Assembly: GCA_963733055.1 (NCBI GenBank)
Contig: CAVTBR010000001.1
Coordinates: 960,001 to 1,024,000 of the forward strand
From: Candidatus Bathyarchaeota archaeon
Lineage (GTDB): Archaea; Thermoproteota; Bathyarchaeia; 40CM-2-53-6
Reading direction: 5' to 3'
Length of the DNA stretch: 64,000 bases
The position numbers and the translations under genes are program-made. Every line of letters begins with the position of its first letter. The first letter of the stretch is position 1. A model generated the notes under the pieces. It did no database searches. It was not told the DNA's origin and saw nothing but the letters and a program-made list of their open reading frames with translations. Positions 41,876 to 51,899 of this stretch are shown here, piece by piece.

Positions 41876-43048
41876 ATGAAGATCACTAAGATAGAATCCT
41901 ATGTTCTCCTGGTGCCAGATTACGATCACAGGGCGTGTAGCTCCGCCCAAGATGACATCGTCATCAAGGTTTACACGGACGAGGGAATCGTAGGGATCGG
42001 AGAGACAGACACGAACCCATGGGCGACGAAAGCCTACATCGAGGCGCCCGGAACCCACTGCATGGCATTAGGTTTCAAAGAGATGTTGGTAGGAGAAGAT
42101 CCAACGCGAACCGAGGCGCTGTGGGACAAAATGTACGTGTCTACGGCGATGCCGGGTAGGAGAGGTTTGGGCATCTGTGCGATCGGTGCAATTGACATGG
42201 CACTCTGGGACATCAAAGGAAAAGCCCTTGGAAAACCTGTATGGGAGCTGTTGGGTGGAGCCAAGCAATCTCATATCATACCATACGCAAGTCTTCTTCC
42301 AAATGGAACCACTCTCCAGGAATATGCCGAAAATCTGAAAGAGAAACTAGTTCAAGCGAAGAATCACGGTTTCAACGCAGCGAAACTTGAAGTCTGCGTT
42401 AACGGTCCGTATTCTCACGTAGGTCTACAGGAGAAGGATTCTGAGATCATCAACATAGTCGCCTCGTGCCGAGACGCAGTTGGTCCGAATATGACGTTGA
42501 TGGTGGATGTTGCATACTGTTGGAACGATTGGAAGACAGCTTTGCAAACCATCCAGAAGCTTGAGCCTTACGATCTTTACTTTATGGAGACGCCCCTAAG
42601 ATCTGATGACGTAGACGGTTACGCGTCCCTTGCAGATCAAACCCCGACCAAGATTGCTGCTGGGGAATGGCTTCAAACTCGTTTCGAGTTCCAAGACCTG
42701 ATCGACCGAGGGCACATTGATGTCGCTCAGCCGGATGTCGGACGCGTGGGTGGTTTAACAGAAGCGAAAAGGGTCGTGGAGTTAGCTGTCGACAGAGGTA
42801 AGCTGATTGTGCCACATTGTTGGAAGACGGGAATCGGTATCGCTGCCTCAGCGCATCTCGCGATATCGTCACCCAACTGTCCTTTCATCGAGTATTTGCC
42901 AGCGGAATTATCTGAATCTGCCATAAGGCGGGAATTAGTGAAAGACGAGCTGAGGGTGCAGCGTGGTGAGATTCTTCTACCTAGGCAACCTGGGTTAGGG
43001 ATAGAGCTGAGTGAGGCCGCCTTAGAGAAGTATACCGTGGATTCATAA
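41876..43048 (+). CDS. Mandelate racemase/MLE family #3
   Basis: AIDMALWD, MVDV/METP/AGE, QPD, PHCWKTGI, PGLGIE. Confidence 0.93.
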   Translation: MKITKIESYVLLVPDYDHRACSSAQDDIVIKVYTDEGIVGIGETDTNPWATKAYIEAPGTHCMALGFKEMLVGEDPTRTEALWDKMYVSTAMPGRRGLGICAIGAIDMALWDIKGKALGKPVWELLGGAKQSHIIPYASLLPNGTTLQEYAENLKEKLVQAKNHGFNAAKLEVCVNGPYSHVGLQEKDSEIINIVASCRDAVGPNMTLMVDVAYCWNDWKTALQTIQKLEPYDLYFMETPLRSDDVDGYASLADQTPTKIAAGEWLQTRFEFQDLIDRGHIDVAQPDVGRVGGLTEAKRVVELAVDRGKLIVPHCWKTGIGIAASAHLAISSPNCPFIEYLPAELSESAIRRELVKDELRVQRGEILLPRQPGLGIELSEAALEKYTVDS

Positions 43049-43450
43049 CATCTACCTGATTGCCCTTAACGACTTTCTCGCGGCTATTGTCAAAACAGCA
43101 TTGTATCATTGCGAAGAGGGATCAAACTCCACCAAGAAATATGGTCCAGGAGGGATTGGGCCGCTTAGATCCTCGATTAACGCAATGCGTGCCAAAACGA
43201 CCACATGGAGTTACCATACAGCCTGAGTTTGTAGGTTTTGTTTACTTGCGTCAGTACTGCTTAGACACGCGCCTTGTGACCACAGTCGGGGTAGAATATT
43301 CGCAAACAGAAAAAATGCGGCGAGAACAAGCGATTGGTTCTGATTCAGAACGCAACTCGTAAAGATGTGGATACTAAATAACCAGTGCACGTCAAAAGGA
43401 CTGCCTAGCTTTGCTCGAAATAGAGAGGCTCAATAATAGATGATTGTGAA

Positions 43451-45250
43451 TTGAGTGAGCGATTAGGCGGTTTTGATGCTCGTGCTGGCTTTCATTATCT
43501 GAGAAAGTGGGTTCTCGTAGCAATTGCCACTGGCATTGTCGCTGGTCTCGGCGCATTAGTTCTAATTCAAGGAATAGATTTCTTCACGAAATTATTCCTA
43601 GTGGGAATAGTTGGATATGCGCCACCGCTACCCGGTGGCGAGACACAAACTAATCTGATTACCATCGTCATCGCTCGGCCCTGGCTAATACCAGTCTCCA
43701 CGGCTCTGGGGGGATTGCTGAGTGGCATATTGGTTGCGAAGTTAGCACCTGAAGCTAAGGGTGTTGGAACAGACGCTGCGATAGGCGAGTTCCATAAGGG
43801 GCATGCTCTGATTCGGACTCGCGTACCACTCGTTAAACTCCTCACCTCCGCCATCACGATAGGTTCAGGGGGGACCTCTGGACGTGAAGGACCAATAGCC
43901 CAGATAGGCGCTGGTTTGGGCACTCAAATTGCGAAGGCATTCAAGCTTACCGAGCGTGAGAGGAGAATCGCTCTCGCAGCGGGACTCGGAGCGGGTATTG
44001 CTGCGATCTTCAAGGCTCCCCTTGCTGGGGCGATTCTGAGTGGCGAGATATTCTACAAGCACGATTTTGAAGCAGAAGCCATGATTCCAGGATTCATAGC
44101 CTCAACAGTTAGCTATACAATCGTAGGCTTCGTGACAGGATGGCAACCAATCTTCAGTACCGGAGTCACGCCAGTAGCATTCATACATCCCGAGGCACTG
44201 CTCCTCTATGGATTGCTAGGAGTCGTATGTGCGGCGTTCGCGCACTTGCTCTTCAAAGTTTACTTCAAGGTTCACGACGTCTTCGAGAACATTCGAATAC
44301 CCACCTTCACCAAGCCCGCGATTGGCGGGCTTTTAGCAGGAGTCATCGGCATTTACGTACCTTCTGTTCTGGGCGTAGGTTATGGCTGGGCGCAACTTGC
44401 GCTTAACCAGAACTACCAAGTTCTACCCCCGACAATAATGCTGCTTGCGATTTTCGCCGAAATATTTGCTATGTCGTTTACATTGGGCTCAGGTGGCAGT
44501 GGAGGATTATTCGGCCCCTGCGTGGTTACAGGAACAATGATCGGTGCTGCTTTCGGCTATTATGCGCATCAAGCGTTTCCCGCAACTGTGACAAACCCCT
44601 CAAACTATGCCATTGTTGGAATGATGGCTTTCTTCGGTGGTGCAGCGAAGTCGCCCTTGGCAGTTATCGTAATGATCGCAGAGATGACTGGTGGGTATGG
44701 TTTGCTCGCGCCATCGATGGTCGCCGTGGTTGTTGCATACTTACTCACTGGGAGTTCGAGCATATTCTACAATCAAGTGGACAGTGTTGAAGAATCTCCT
44801 GCTCACATTGAAGAGTATGAGACATTAGCTCTGAAGAGGATTACGGTCGCTGACGTTATGACAAGAAACGTAGTATCGATAAAACCAACCGTTAGTGTTC
44901 AAGTAGCTCTAGACTTGATGGAGGCGAACCTTGTAGGCGGCTTGCCAGTATTAATGAACGACAGATTGGTTGGGTTGGTTACAAAGACTGACATACTGAA
45001 AGTTGAAACCTCAAACCGCGCAGAAAAGACCGTTAATGACGTCATGACGGTGCAGTTACTTGTCGCGTCGCCTGAAGAAGACCTATTCTCGGCTTTAACG
45101 AGAATGATGAGCAGAGGCGTAGGCAGACTCCCTGTCGTTCCGACAGACGACCAAGAGGCAATGATCGGCATAATCACGCGCACCGACATCGCAAAGGCAA
45201 TCGAAAAACACCATCTTACCCAATCCTCTTTGAGCGAGAAGAAAGAATAG
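43451..45250 (+). CDS. ClC chloride channel/transporter with CBS pair
   Basis: GREGP, GGLFGP, two C-terminal CBS domains. Confidence 0.93.
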   Translation: MSERLGGFDARAGFHYLRKWVLVAIATGIVAGLGALVLIQGIDFFTKLFLVGIVGYAPPLPGGETQTNLITIVIARPWLIPVSTALGGLLSGILVAKLAPEAKGVGTDAAIGEFHKGHALIRTRVPLVKLLTSAITIGSGGTSGREGPIAQIGAGLGTQIAKAFKLTERERRIALAAGLGAGIAAIFKAPLAGAILSGEIFYKHDFEAEAMIPGFIASTVSYTIVGFVTGWQPIFSTGVTPVAFIHPEALLLYGLLGVVCAAFAHLLFKVYFKVHDVFENIRIPTFTKPAIGGLLAGVIGIYVPSVLGVGYGWAQLALNQNYQVLPPTIMLLAIFAEIFAMSFTLGSGGSGGLFGPCVVTGTMIGAAFGYYAHQAFPATVTNPSNYAIVGMMAFFGGAAKSPLAVIVMIAEMTGGYGLLAPSMVAVVVAYLLTGSSSIFYNQVDSVEESPAHIEEYETLALKRITVADVMTRNVVSIKPTVSVQVALDLMEANLVGGLPVLMNDRLVGLVTKTDILKVETSNRAEKTVNDVMTVQLLVASPEEDLFSALTRMMSRGVGRLPVVPTDDQEAMIGIITRTDIAKAIEKHHLTQSSLSEKKE

Positions 45251-45402
45251 AGTGAACTGATTGCCAAGAACATGAAGAGGTTTCAAAGGATCATCGATTC
45301 GTAACAACCGGAACAGGACTCGCGTCAAGCGGAGACATGGTTCGTCATCATGATAAAGGAGAATACTTGCACTCGAACACTTTTCTGGAATATATTATTA
45401 GT

Positions 45403-45999
45403 CTAGACTGCCTTGGATGATCTTAGCAGTTCCCTTAGTTCTCGTGTGAGTTTCAATAGTTCTTCGAACTGTTTGTCGGTCATGACTATGTATTTGGCGA
45501 AGCTGAGCATGCAGGATTTGGTGAAGTAGTCTACTCCTTCCAAGCCATCAATCCGTGCCTCTAGGTCGGCGTCGTAGCCCATGGATTCTATCTTCTGTTG
45601 TACGTGAGCTAGTCTCGAAACGTTTGCATCATCCACTCTCGGTGAGAGGCCCAATTTCCCTATTGCCTGAAGGGCTTCTCTTGCCCGTTTCTCGCCGTGC
45701 TGCTTCTCCCCTTCCTCTCCATAGGTGAGGTAGAAGATTTCGGCGCTGGCTCGATAGTAAGTTTCCACGTAGTGATCTACTCGTTCTTCTCGAGCGATCT
45801 CGATTAGCTCTGCTTCCATTAGTTTGTGAACTTGGTGATAGATTGCCGCCGGGCTTTTTTGAAGCTCATCGGCGATTTGACTGACCGTCCGCTCCTTAGC
45901 CCGCAGGAGGTGTATGATTCGACGTCTGGTCTCATCAGCCATAAGCTCGAATGCGTCTGGGTTTTTCACGACTTTGAATGATCTCACGGGTGAACCCAC
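45403..45999 (-). CDS. ArsR-like winged-helix regulator
   Basis: DETRRRIIHLL...TVSQIA...IYHQVHKL...ETYYR. Confidence 0.88.
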   Translation of the reverse strand: MGSPVRSFKVVKNPDAFELMADETRRRIIHLLRAKERTVSQIADELQKSPAAIYHQVHKLMEAELIEIAREERVDHYVETYYRASAEIFYLTYGEEGEKQHGEKRAREALQAIGKLGLSPRVDDANVSRLAHVQQKIESMGYDADLEARIDGLEGVDYFTKSCMLSFAKYIVMTDKQFEELLKLTRELRELLRSSKAV

Positions 46000-46114
46000 A
46001 CTCGTTTTGCCATCTGGTTTATTACGACTTGCTTGAGAACACTACTATTACGTTATGATTGATTCAAACGCAGATTTTATTAACCCTCATCTGTATACAA
46101 CTAGTGAAGTAGCT

Positions 46115-47224
46115 ATGCAAGCCCAAGCAACATCCCAATGGTCGGGCATCGCCGAGAATATCGTAAAGCACGCGCTACGTATCCGCACAGACGACGTTGT
46201 AACAATAAGCGCCGCGAAGCATATGCTGGACATGGCAGACGAGGTCGCTCGCCAGTGTCGGCTTGCCGGCGCGGAGACGGCAACCGCACTCTGGAGTGAA
46301 CAGCTATGGATTTGGTCAATCGAAAACCTTCCAATGGAATGGCTCAGAACCCCTAACAAGGTCGATCTTACGATGCTAGACGTTGCAACCGCCACGATCA
46401 GCATGAATAGCATGGTTGACCCGACTCCGATGTCACGTATACCCGGGGAACGATGGGCGGCGAATTCAGACGGGGCGAACCCATACTACAAAAAGTCTCT
46501 TGAACGACACCTAAGAACGGCGAACGTTAACCTCAGTCTAGTAACCTCCCCGCGAGCGGCAGCCTATGGAATTCAATTTAACGAATGGAAACAGAATGTT
46601 GAAGATTCCTTAACAACCGACTTCTCGCAGCTGCAAACCAGTGGAAAGAAACTCGCCAGTACAATTAACGGTTCAAGTGCACAGGTTCAAGTGGCATCAA
46701 GGAACGGAACGAACGTCACATTCCAGCTCGCCAAGCGAAAGTCCAAAAACGATGACGGCGTCCTTGATGAGGAAGATCTAGCCGCGGGAACATACGAGAC
46801 AAACCTCCCCGCTGGCCACCTACGAGTCGCCCCAAGTGAAGAAAGTGCAAACGGAAGAGTCACATTCGATCTACCCGTATTGTTTGCGGGAAAACGCATT
46901 GAGAATGTCAGCTGGGTTCTGAAGGACGGTAACGTGACCGAGTTCACAGCATCAAAGAACGCTGAACTGGTTTTGAATTTATGGAAGAAATCGACGGGGG
47001 ACAAGGGCAAGTTTGGCTGGTTCGGATTAGGATTCAACCCCGCAACACGAATAGGGCTCATGAATGACCCGAACGTATCCGGCGCAGTCACCCTCGGAAT
47101 AGGAGAGAACACAGATCTGGGTGGGAGAAACCAGAGCACGTTCGGCTTCCAAGGCACAATCAGTAAAGCGACGGTCACGGTGGATGGCAGGGTCATAATC
47201 AAAGACGGAACATTAGAAATCTGA
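46115..47224 (+). CDS. M29 aminopeptidase-fold protein (metal ligands apparently lost)
   Basis: GTNVTF, DDG, NLPAG, P..ESANG, GLGFNP, TVDGRVIIKDG. Confidence 0.8.
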   Translation: MQAQATSQWSGIAENIVKHALRIRTDDVVTISAAKHMLDMADEVARQCRLAGAETATALWSEQLWIWSIENLPMEWLRTPNKVDLTMLDVATATISMNSMVDPTPMSRIPGERWAANSDGANPYYKKSLERHLRTANVNLSLVTSPRAAAYGIQFNEWKQNVEDSLTTDFSQLQTSGKKLASTINGSSAQVQVASRNGTNVTFQLAKRKSKNDDGVLDEEDLAAGTYETNLPAGHLRVAPSEESANGRVTFDLPVLFAGKRIENVSWVLKDGNVTEFTASKNAELVLNLWKKSTGDKGKFGWFGLGFNPATRIGLMNDPNVSGAVTLGIGENTDLGGRNQSTFGFQGTISKATVTVDGRVIIKDGTLEI

Positions 47225-47239
47225 AACCTCCGAATCCAG

Positions 47240-48292
47240 GTGAATTCGGTGCGGTACAAGTTACTGGGTAACAGCGGACTACGTGTCTCAGAACTATGCT
47301 TGGGAACAATGACGTTTGGTGAGGATTGGGGCTGGGGAGCACCGAAGGCTGAGTGTGAGAAGATTTTTCGTACATTCGTTGAAGCCAACGGCAACTTCAT
47401 CGACACCTCCTGCAACTACACGAACGGCACCAGCGAAAAATTCGTGGGAGAATTCACAGCCGGCGACCGTGACAGGTTCGTAGTTGCAACCAAATATTCA
47501 CTGAATGTGCGAAGCAAGGATCCTAACGCGGGGGGCAACCATCGGAAGAACCTCCTCCACTCTCTAAAAGCCAGCCTAGAGAGGTTGCAAACCGACTACG
47601 TTGACCTGCTATGGCTGCATATGTGGGATTCGATGACGCCGGTGGAGGAGGTAATGCGATCCCTCGACGATGTCGTCAGTGCGGGAAAGGTTCGGTACGT
47701 AGGTGTCTCCGATACCCCCGCTTGGGTAATTGCCCGCGCAAACACAATGGCCGAACTTCGAGGCTGGACACCATTTGTGGCGCTACAGGTTCCATACAAC
47801 CTTTCCAATCGTGATGTTGAACGTGAACTAACCCCAATGGCCCGGTCGAGTGGGTTGGCGGTTTGCACGTGGGCCCCGCTCGCACAGGGCCTATTCACGG
47901 GTAAGTACAGCAAAGGGACTAACGGTCAGCACCCGGGAAGGCTTTCCCAACCCGATTGGGGAATCTCAGAAAGATCAAAGAAAATCGCGTCCCAGCTCGA
48001 CCTGATGGCAAAAGACTTCGATCAAAGCTCAACGCACGTTGCGTTGAACTGGCTACGCCAACAGAAAGGAACAACCATACCCATCATAGGTGCGACAAAC
48101 GCCTCGCAGATGAAGGAAAACCTCGGATGCCTTGATTTCCGGCTTACGGAAGAGCAGATGAAACAGTTGAATGATATGAGCCGGATAGAGTTTGGATTTC
48201 CACGTGATTTTCTTGAGAACGACGAAGTGAGAGCGTTCATCTTCGGAGAAACCTTCCCCCTAATCGACGCCGCAAACGGTCAAAGCCCATGA
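47240..48292 (+). CDS. Aldo/keto reductase
   Basis: LCLGTMTFG, IDTSCNY, ATKY, DLLWLH, VGVSD, PIIGA. Confidence 0.94.
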   Translation: MNSVRYKLLGNSGLRVSELCLGTMTFGEDWGWGAPKAECEKIFRTFVEANGNFIDTSCNYTNGTSEKFVGEFTAGDRDRFVVATKYSLNVRSKDPNAGGNHRKNLLHSLKASLERLQTDYVDLLWLHMWDSMTPVEEVMRSLDDVVSAGKVRYVGVSDTPAWVIARANTMAELRGWTPFVALQVPYNLSNRDVERELTPMARSSGLAVCTWAPLAQGLFTGKYSKGTNGQHPGRLSQPDWGISERSKKIASQLDLMAKDFDQSSTHVALNWLRQQKGTTIPIIGATNASQMKENLGCLDFRLTEEQMKQLNDMSRIEFGFPRDFLENDEVRAFIFGETFPLIDAANGQSP

Positions 48293-48735
48293 ACTTCACG
48301 CAGGACCAAAGGTCCTTCCTCGCAAGACAGTACGTAGCACGAATATCCACTGCCACCAGCCAATCGATTCCGCACGTCAGCCCAGTATATTTCGTCGCTA
48401 ACGCGGATTCGATTTTCATAGCGACCGGAAAGACCACAACCAAGTTCAAGGATTTGACCGAGAACCCGACCGCAAGCATCGTCGTTGACGAATTCGACGC
48501 AGACTGGCTACACGGCGGAAAGGGGTACGCATCGAAAGAACGAGCAATCATTGTCCTAGGCAAGGCCACCATCTTAGAAGAGGGCGACGACTACCGGACG
48601 CTACATTCCTCATTCCTAGAGAAATACCCCGACTTCAAAGCCGTACCAACCAAGCTTGGGAAACCGCCGATCATAAGGGTGGAAGCAGAAAAGATATGGG
48701 ACCACCGCTTCTCCTCGACAGGACAAGCCCAGTAA
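48289..48735 (+). CDS. Pyridoxamine 5'-phosphate oxidase-like (flavin/F420-binding) protein
   Basis: ARIST, PHVSPV, K..L.ENP; ATGA overlap with the AKR gene. Confidence 0.85.
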   Translation: MNFTQDQRSFLARQYVARISTATSQSIPHVSPVYFVANADSIFIATGKTTTKFKDLTENPTASIVVDEFDADWLHGGKGYASKERAIIVLGKATILEEGDDYRTLHSSFLEKYPDFKAVPTKLGKPPIIRVEAEKIWDHRFSSTGQAQ

Positions 48736-48927
48736 GCTCGTTCCTTAACCAGGCACGGTAGCCTTCTGGCATAGCATCGCGCGCTCTTTGACGGTCCGCG
48801 ACAGTTTGCATAACTCTCTCGTTGGGCTGAGACGAGTTCTGTTTAGCGATTTCGGAACTATAAGGCATAAAGCTTACAGGAAAAACCGAATGAAGAGTGA
48901 TAACGTTCATCGCGAGGTAGAGTCGAA

Positions 48928-49440
48928 ATGAAATGGGTGACACGTGAGAACGTTCATGTTGATAGAGTGGCATGCCCGTGGTTGATCAAGCGCTTCGTCG
49001 ATCTACAAGCCGAGTTTCTGTTCGTTCCCCTCGACAAGGTTGCTGAAGCGGCCGAAAAGGACGGAGCGATACCGTATGACGCTAAGGGAGTGGAACTGGG
49101 ACACCACGGGGATAAGTGTAGCTTCGACGCGATCATCGAAAAATACAAACTTACAGACCCAGCCCTACTTGAGCTGGCGAAGATCGTCCGCACGGCGGAC
49201 ACGGATAGGTTCGATTTAGCGGCCGAGAGCGTAGGTCTGGAGGCAATCGCCTCTGGTTCCATGATGCTCGCGAAAGACGACCACGAAGCCATCGAGAAGC
49301 AGTCATACCTCTACGATTCACTCTACGCATACTGCAAACTCCGACTAATCAAACAGAAATATGGGAAGGAAATTGAAAAGTTCGAACCGAAGCAGCGCAG
49401 GGAATTCCTTAGGGAAAAAGTAAAGGAACAATCAGTGTAG
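48928..49440 (+). CDS. Chromate resistance ChrB domain protein
   Basis: MKWVTR...VDRVACPWLIKRFVD...GHHGDKCSFD. Confidence 0.9.
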   Translation: MKWVTRENVHVDRVACPWLIKRFVDLQAEFLFVPLDKVAEAAEKDGAIPYDAKGVELGHHGDKCSFDAIIEKYKLTDPALLELAKIVRTADTDRFDLAAESVGLEAIASGSMMLAKDDHEAIEKQSYLYDSLYAYCKLRLIKQKYGKEIEKFEPKQRREFLREKVKEQSV

Positions 49441-49523
49441 CTTCAGATTCTAGAATGAACTTGATTGCGTCCTTACCTTTGCTCATTAGCAATTCAATAA
49501 TTGGGTTGATGGAGGTTCTGGTT

Positions 49524-50207
49524 CTATTGGTGCTGAGGCACTGAGTGAGTTTTCCTTCTTACCAGGAGGACCAACGTAAGTATCAGCAGAACGGCAAGAA
49601 CTGCGGCGATAACTTCGTACGGGTTGTTCGAGCTGGGGGGTGGGCTCGTCATCTCGACTGTGGGTTGTGTTGTCGTTGGAAGCGTTGCCGTTGAGAGGGT
49701 TGAGCTCACTGGAGTAGTAGATGTGACCGTGTTATTGCCAGTCTGAGGTTGAGCGGGTTGTCCCACTTGAATTGTCTGAGATGCTTGGACTTTGTAGTCG
49801 AGGCCAAGGGCGTCATCTTCCGATATGAACATGTAGACGATGAATTGAAGTTGCCAAGGCCCTGACTTCGTAGGGGCAGTTATTTGATTGGCCACTGTAA
49901 ACGTGAAGGGCTTCCCATTGTTAGGGACAAATCCGTTTTGAGTGAAATTGGAGGCGAGGACTCGGTTCATGCCGTTTTCGACATCGAATCTTGCCGTAAG
50001 GTGGTAGTTGTTGGCCACAGGGCAGACGGCCGGCATTGAAATGGAAACCATGAATTGTTCGCCGGGATTCACGTGATTGGGGTAATTGTAGGCGACGTTG
50101 GAATATTGGCAGGTGGGGCCGAAAGCGTATATCCGTGAAAGAAACGTGGTCGATGTAGTCAACAAAATCAAGGCGGTCAGAGCGATTATGGTTGGGATTC
50201 TACGCAT
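49524..50207 (-). CDS. Secreted surface protein with Thr-rich linker and C-terminal TM anchor
   Basis: Signal peptide, S/T linker, TM helix followed by RRK. Confidence 0.8.
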   Translation of the reverse strand: MRRIPTIIALTALILLTTSTTFLSRIYAFGPTCQYSNVAYNYPNHVNPGEQFMVSISMPAVCPVANNYHLTARFDVENGMNRVLASNFTQNGFVPNNGKPFTFTVANQITAPTKSGPWQLQFIVYMFISEDDALGLDYKVQASQTIQVGQPAQPQTGNNTVTSTTPVSSTLSTATLPTTTQPTVEMTSPPPSSNNPYEVIAAVLAVLLILTLVLLVRRKTHSVPQHQ

Positions 50208-50340
50208 CTCGACCTACTACTCCGATGGGTCTTTGGTTCTCGATCGTATTATTCTCAAAAAAACCAGGAACTGCACAACGGTCAGGCTCATGATAATTCA
50301 TGGTCCTGGTCGTGCAGAGTTGGGAATTTTATTGAGTCGT

Positions 50341-50928
50341 TTATGGGGCGGGTGGAGGGTTGGTGGGTTGAATTGAGGTTACGCTGATTGAGTTGGTTGG
50401 ACAGGCACTGTTCGACTGTGAACTGAAGCTAGTGGTTAGGGACAGTTGGCCTTTCACGACCACCCAGCTTCCTATGGATGGGTATGAGGAAGGAAGGCTT
50501 TGCAATGCGTAGTGGTCGTAGGCTGGCTGTTGGACCGTGTCGGTTGGAACTGCTAGCACCACGCATCCGTTCGGCCCTTGCATCAAGTATCCATCGCATT
50601 GAACAGCATTGCCTTGTCCCGTGCCTTGACAAGCGTCGTAAGTGTAGGGCCAATTGCAGCCGTAACTGTTCCCCCCGGAACCGCAGTTCAATTGATTTGC
50701 GGCCCCGTTGCCTGTGTTGCTAGCGCCGACGGCAACGGTCTGAATGGCCTGATTGTTTACTGTGCTGACTGAGGTGACGGTTGTGGTTCCCATCTGAGTA
50801 TTGGTGACGTACTGCTGCCCTGTCACCGTCATCGCATTCGGATTCAGGGCGTTATACCCCACGTAACCTAAGCTCAATACAATTACTAGACCGACTCCAA
50901 GAACGCCGAGAGCTAACTTGCTTAACAT
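50341..50928 (-). CDS. N-terminally anchored secreted Cys-containing protein
   Basis: Signal anchor, Thr-rich stalk, six Cys, OB-fold-like end. Confidence 0.72.
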   Translation of the reverse strand: MLSKLALGVLGVGLVIVLSLGYVGYNALNPNAMTVTGQQYVTNTQMGTTTVTSVSTVNNQAIQTVAVGASNTGNGAANQLNCGSGGNSYGCNWPYTYDACQGTGQGNAVQCDGYLMQGPNGCVVLAVPTDTVQQPAYDHYALQSLPSSYPSIGSWVVVKGQLSLTTSFSSQSNSACPTNSISVTSIQPTNPPPAP

Positions 50929-50949
50929 TTTTCTTCTCTAATAACGCCC

Positions 50950-51082
50950 GTGGAAGTTGTGTTAAGATTACTTCCACCAAGTGGAAACATCATGAAACGG
51001 GTGGAAACGTGCACTTCCCAAGTTCCCGATGGTCATCGGTTTGAAACGTGACAGGATTGCTCAATCAGCTGCATGTGGAAAC
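50950..51082. repeat. Cluster of GTGGAA/TTCCAC motifs
   Basis: Copies at 50950, 50972 (reverse), 50981, 51001 and 51075. Confidence 0.5.
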
Positions 51083-51793
51083 CAATTCCAACAAACCGTT
51101 TTTCGTGATCTTTAGGGTTCTCCAGTCTGTGGAATGCTGAACGCCTTTCATACTTTTCAGCCTGATGACATTTTCCAGCTGCTCCCGTCTTCCCCGAAGA
51201 TCAAGCTCTATCACCCCGTCGGCGACTGCTTCGAGGTTAGCGTAGAATGCGTCGCTGTGAAAATGTTTCAGGAAACAGTACAACCTAATGCCCTTCATTT
51301 CTCTTATACGGCCAATGGTCTTGTCGAGCCATTGCATGAAGGCACGTTCGTCGTTATACTTGAGAAAGGCTGAGAGGTTCTCGCCAGCTACGAAGTCGTA
51401 GAGCGGCGAGTCGTCTCTCTGATATCCACTATCTTGAACGTTGAACTGCGCAAGCCCAAGCGAGTCCGCGGATTGCGGCTCAGTAGATTTCTTTCCAGTG
51501 CTCCAAGTGTACCAGTCTATCAACATCAACCGTTTCGCCGTCTCCAGTTCCTTCAGATTCGGCAGGATGGTGGCAAGCCGTTGCCTTATCTGCGCTGGTG
51601 CAGTGCTTGTTATTGTTATGCCGACAACGTGACCCTGTCGTAGAAGCTCTGAGGCGATCGTTAGGATAAGGGAGAGTCGCTGTGCCGAAGGTTCGTAGAA
51701 CAGAACAAGCAGATTACCTCTTGGTATAGGTGCCTTGAGAATGTCCGAGATGATTGGAAGGCGGAGAGTCTTCTCTTCGTTCATGTTGCCCAA
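51065..51793 (-). CDS. KaiC/RAD55-like RecA-fold protein, degenerate Walker A
   Basis: IPRG..LVL, LIDWY, ADGVIEL, IRLKSMKG. Confidence 0.82.
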   Translation of the reverse strand: MGNMNEEKTLRLPIISDILKAPIPRGNLLVLFYEPSAQRLSLILTIASELLRQGHVVGITITSTAPAQIRQRLATILPNLKELETAKRLMLIDWYTWSTGKKSTEPQSADSLGLAQFNVQDSGYQRDDSPLYDFVAGENLSAFLKYNDERAFMQWLDKTIGRIREMKGIRLYCFLKHFHSDAFYANLEAVADGVIELDLRGRREQLENVIRLKSMKGVQHSTDWRTLKITKNGLLELVSTCS

Positions 51794-51899
51794 CTAAAAT
51801 CAGCTGGGCTACGTTTTAACTGCGTTTCGGTGCGGCCGTTCTCTCCTCGTGTGTGGAGCTAGTATTGCGAGCACTCAAATTTGACCAGCGGTTTTAGCG

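Noticed and set aside
43200-43300. Fluoride riboswitch upstream of ClC (atggagttacc)
   Set aside because: The downstream GCTRATGAC element is absent and the protein lacks ClC-F signatures.
46687-47415. 242-aa minus-strand ORF and similar antisense ORFs throughout the window
   Set aside because: Antisense shadows of well-supported genes.
50950-51082. Replication origin (ORB array)
   Set aside because: Spacing differs from the TTCCAGTGGAA ORB core, and there is no G-string, clear AT-rich unwinding element or adjacent orc1/cdc6. Kept only as a regulatory motif.
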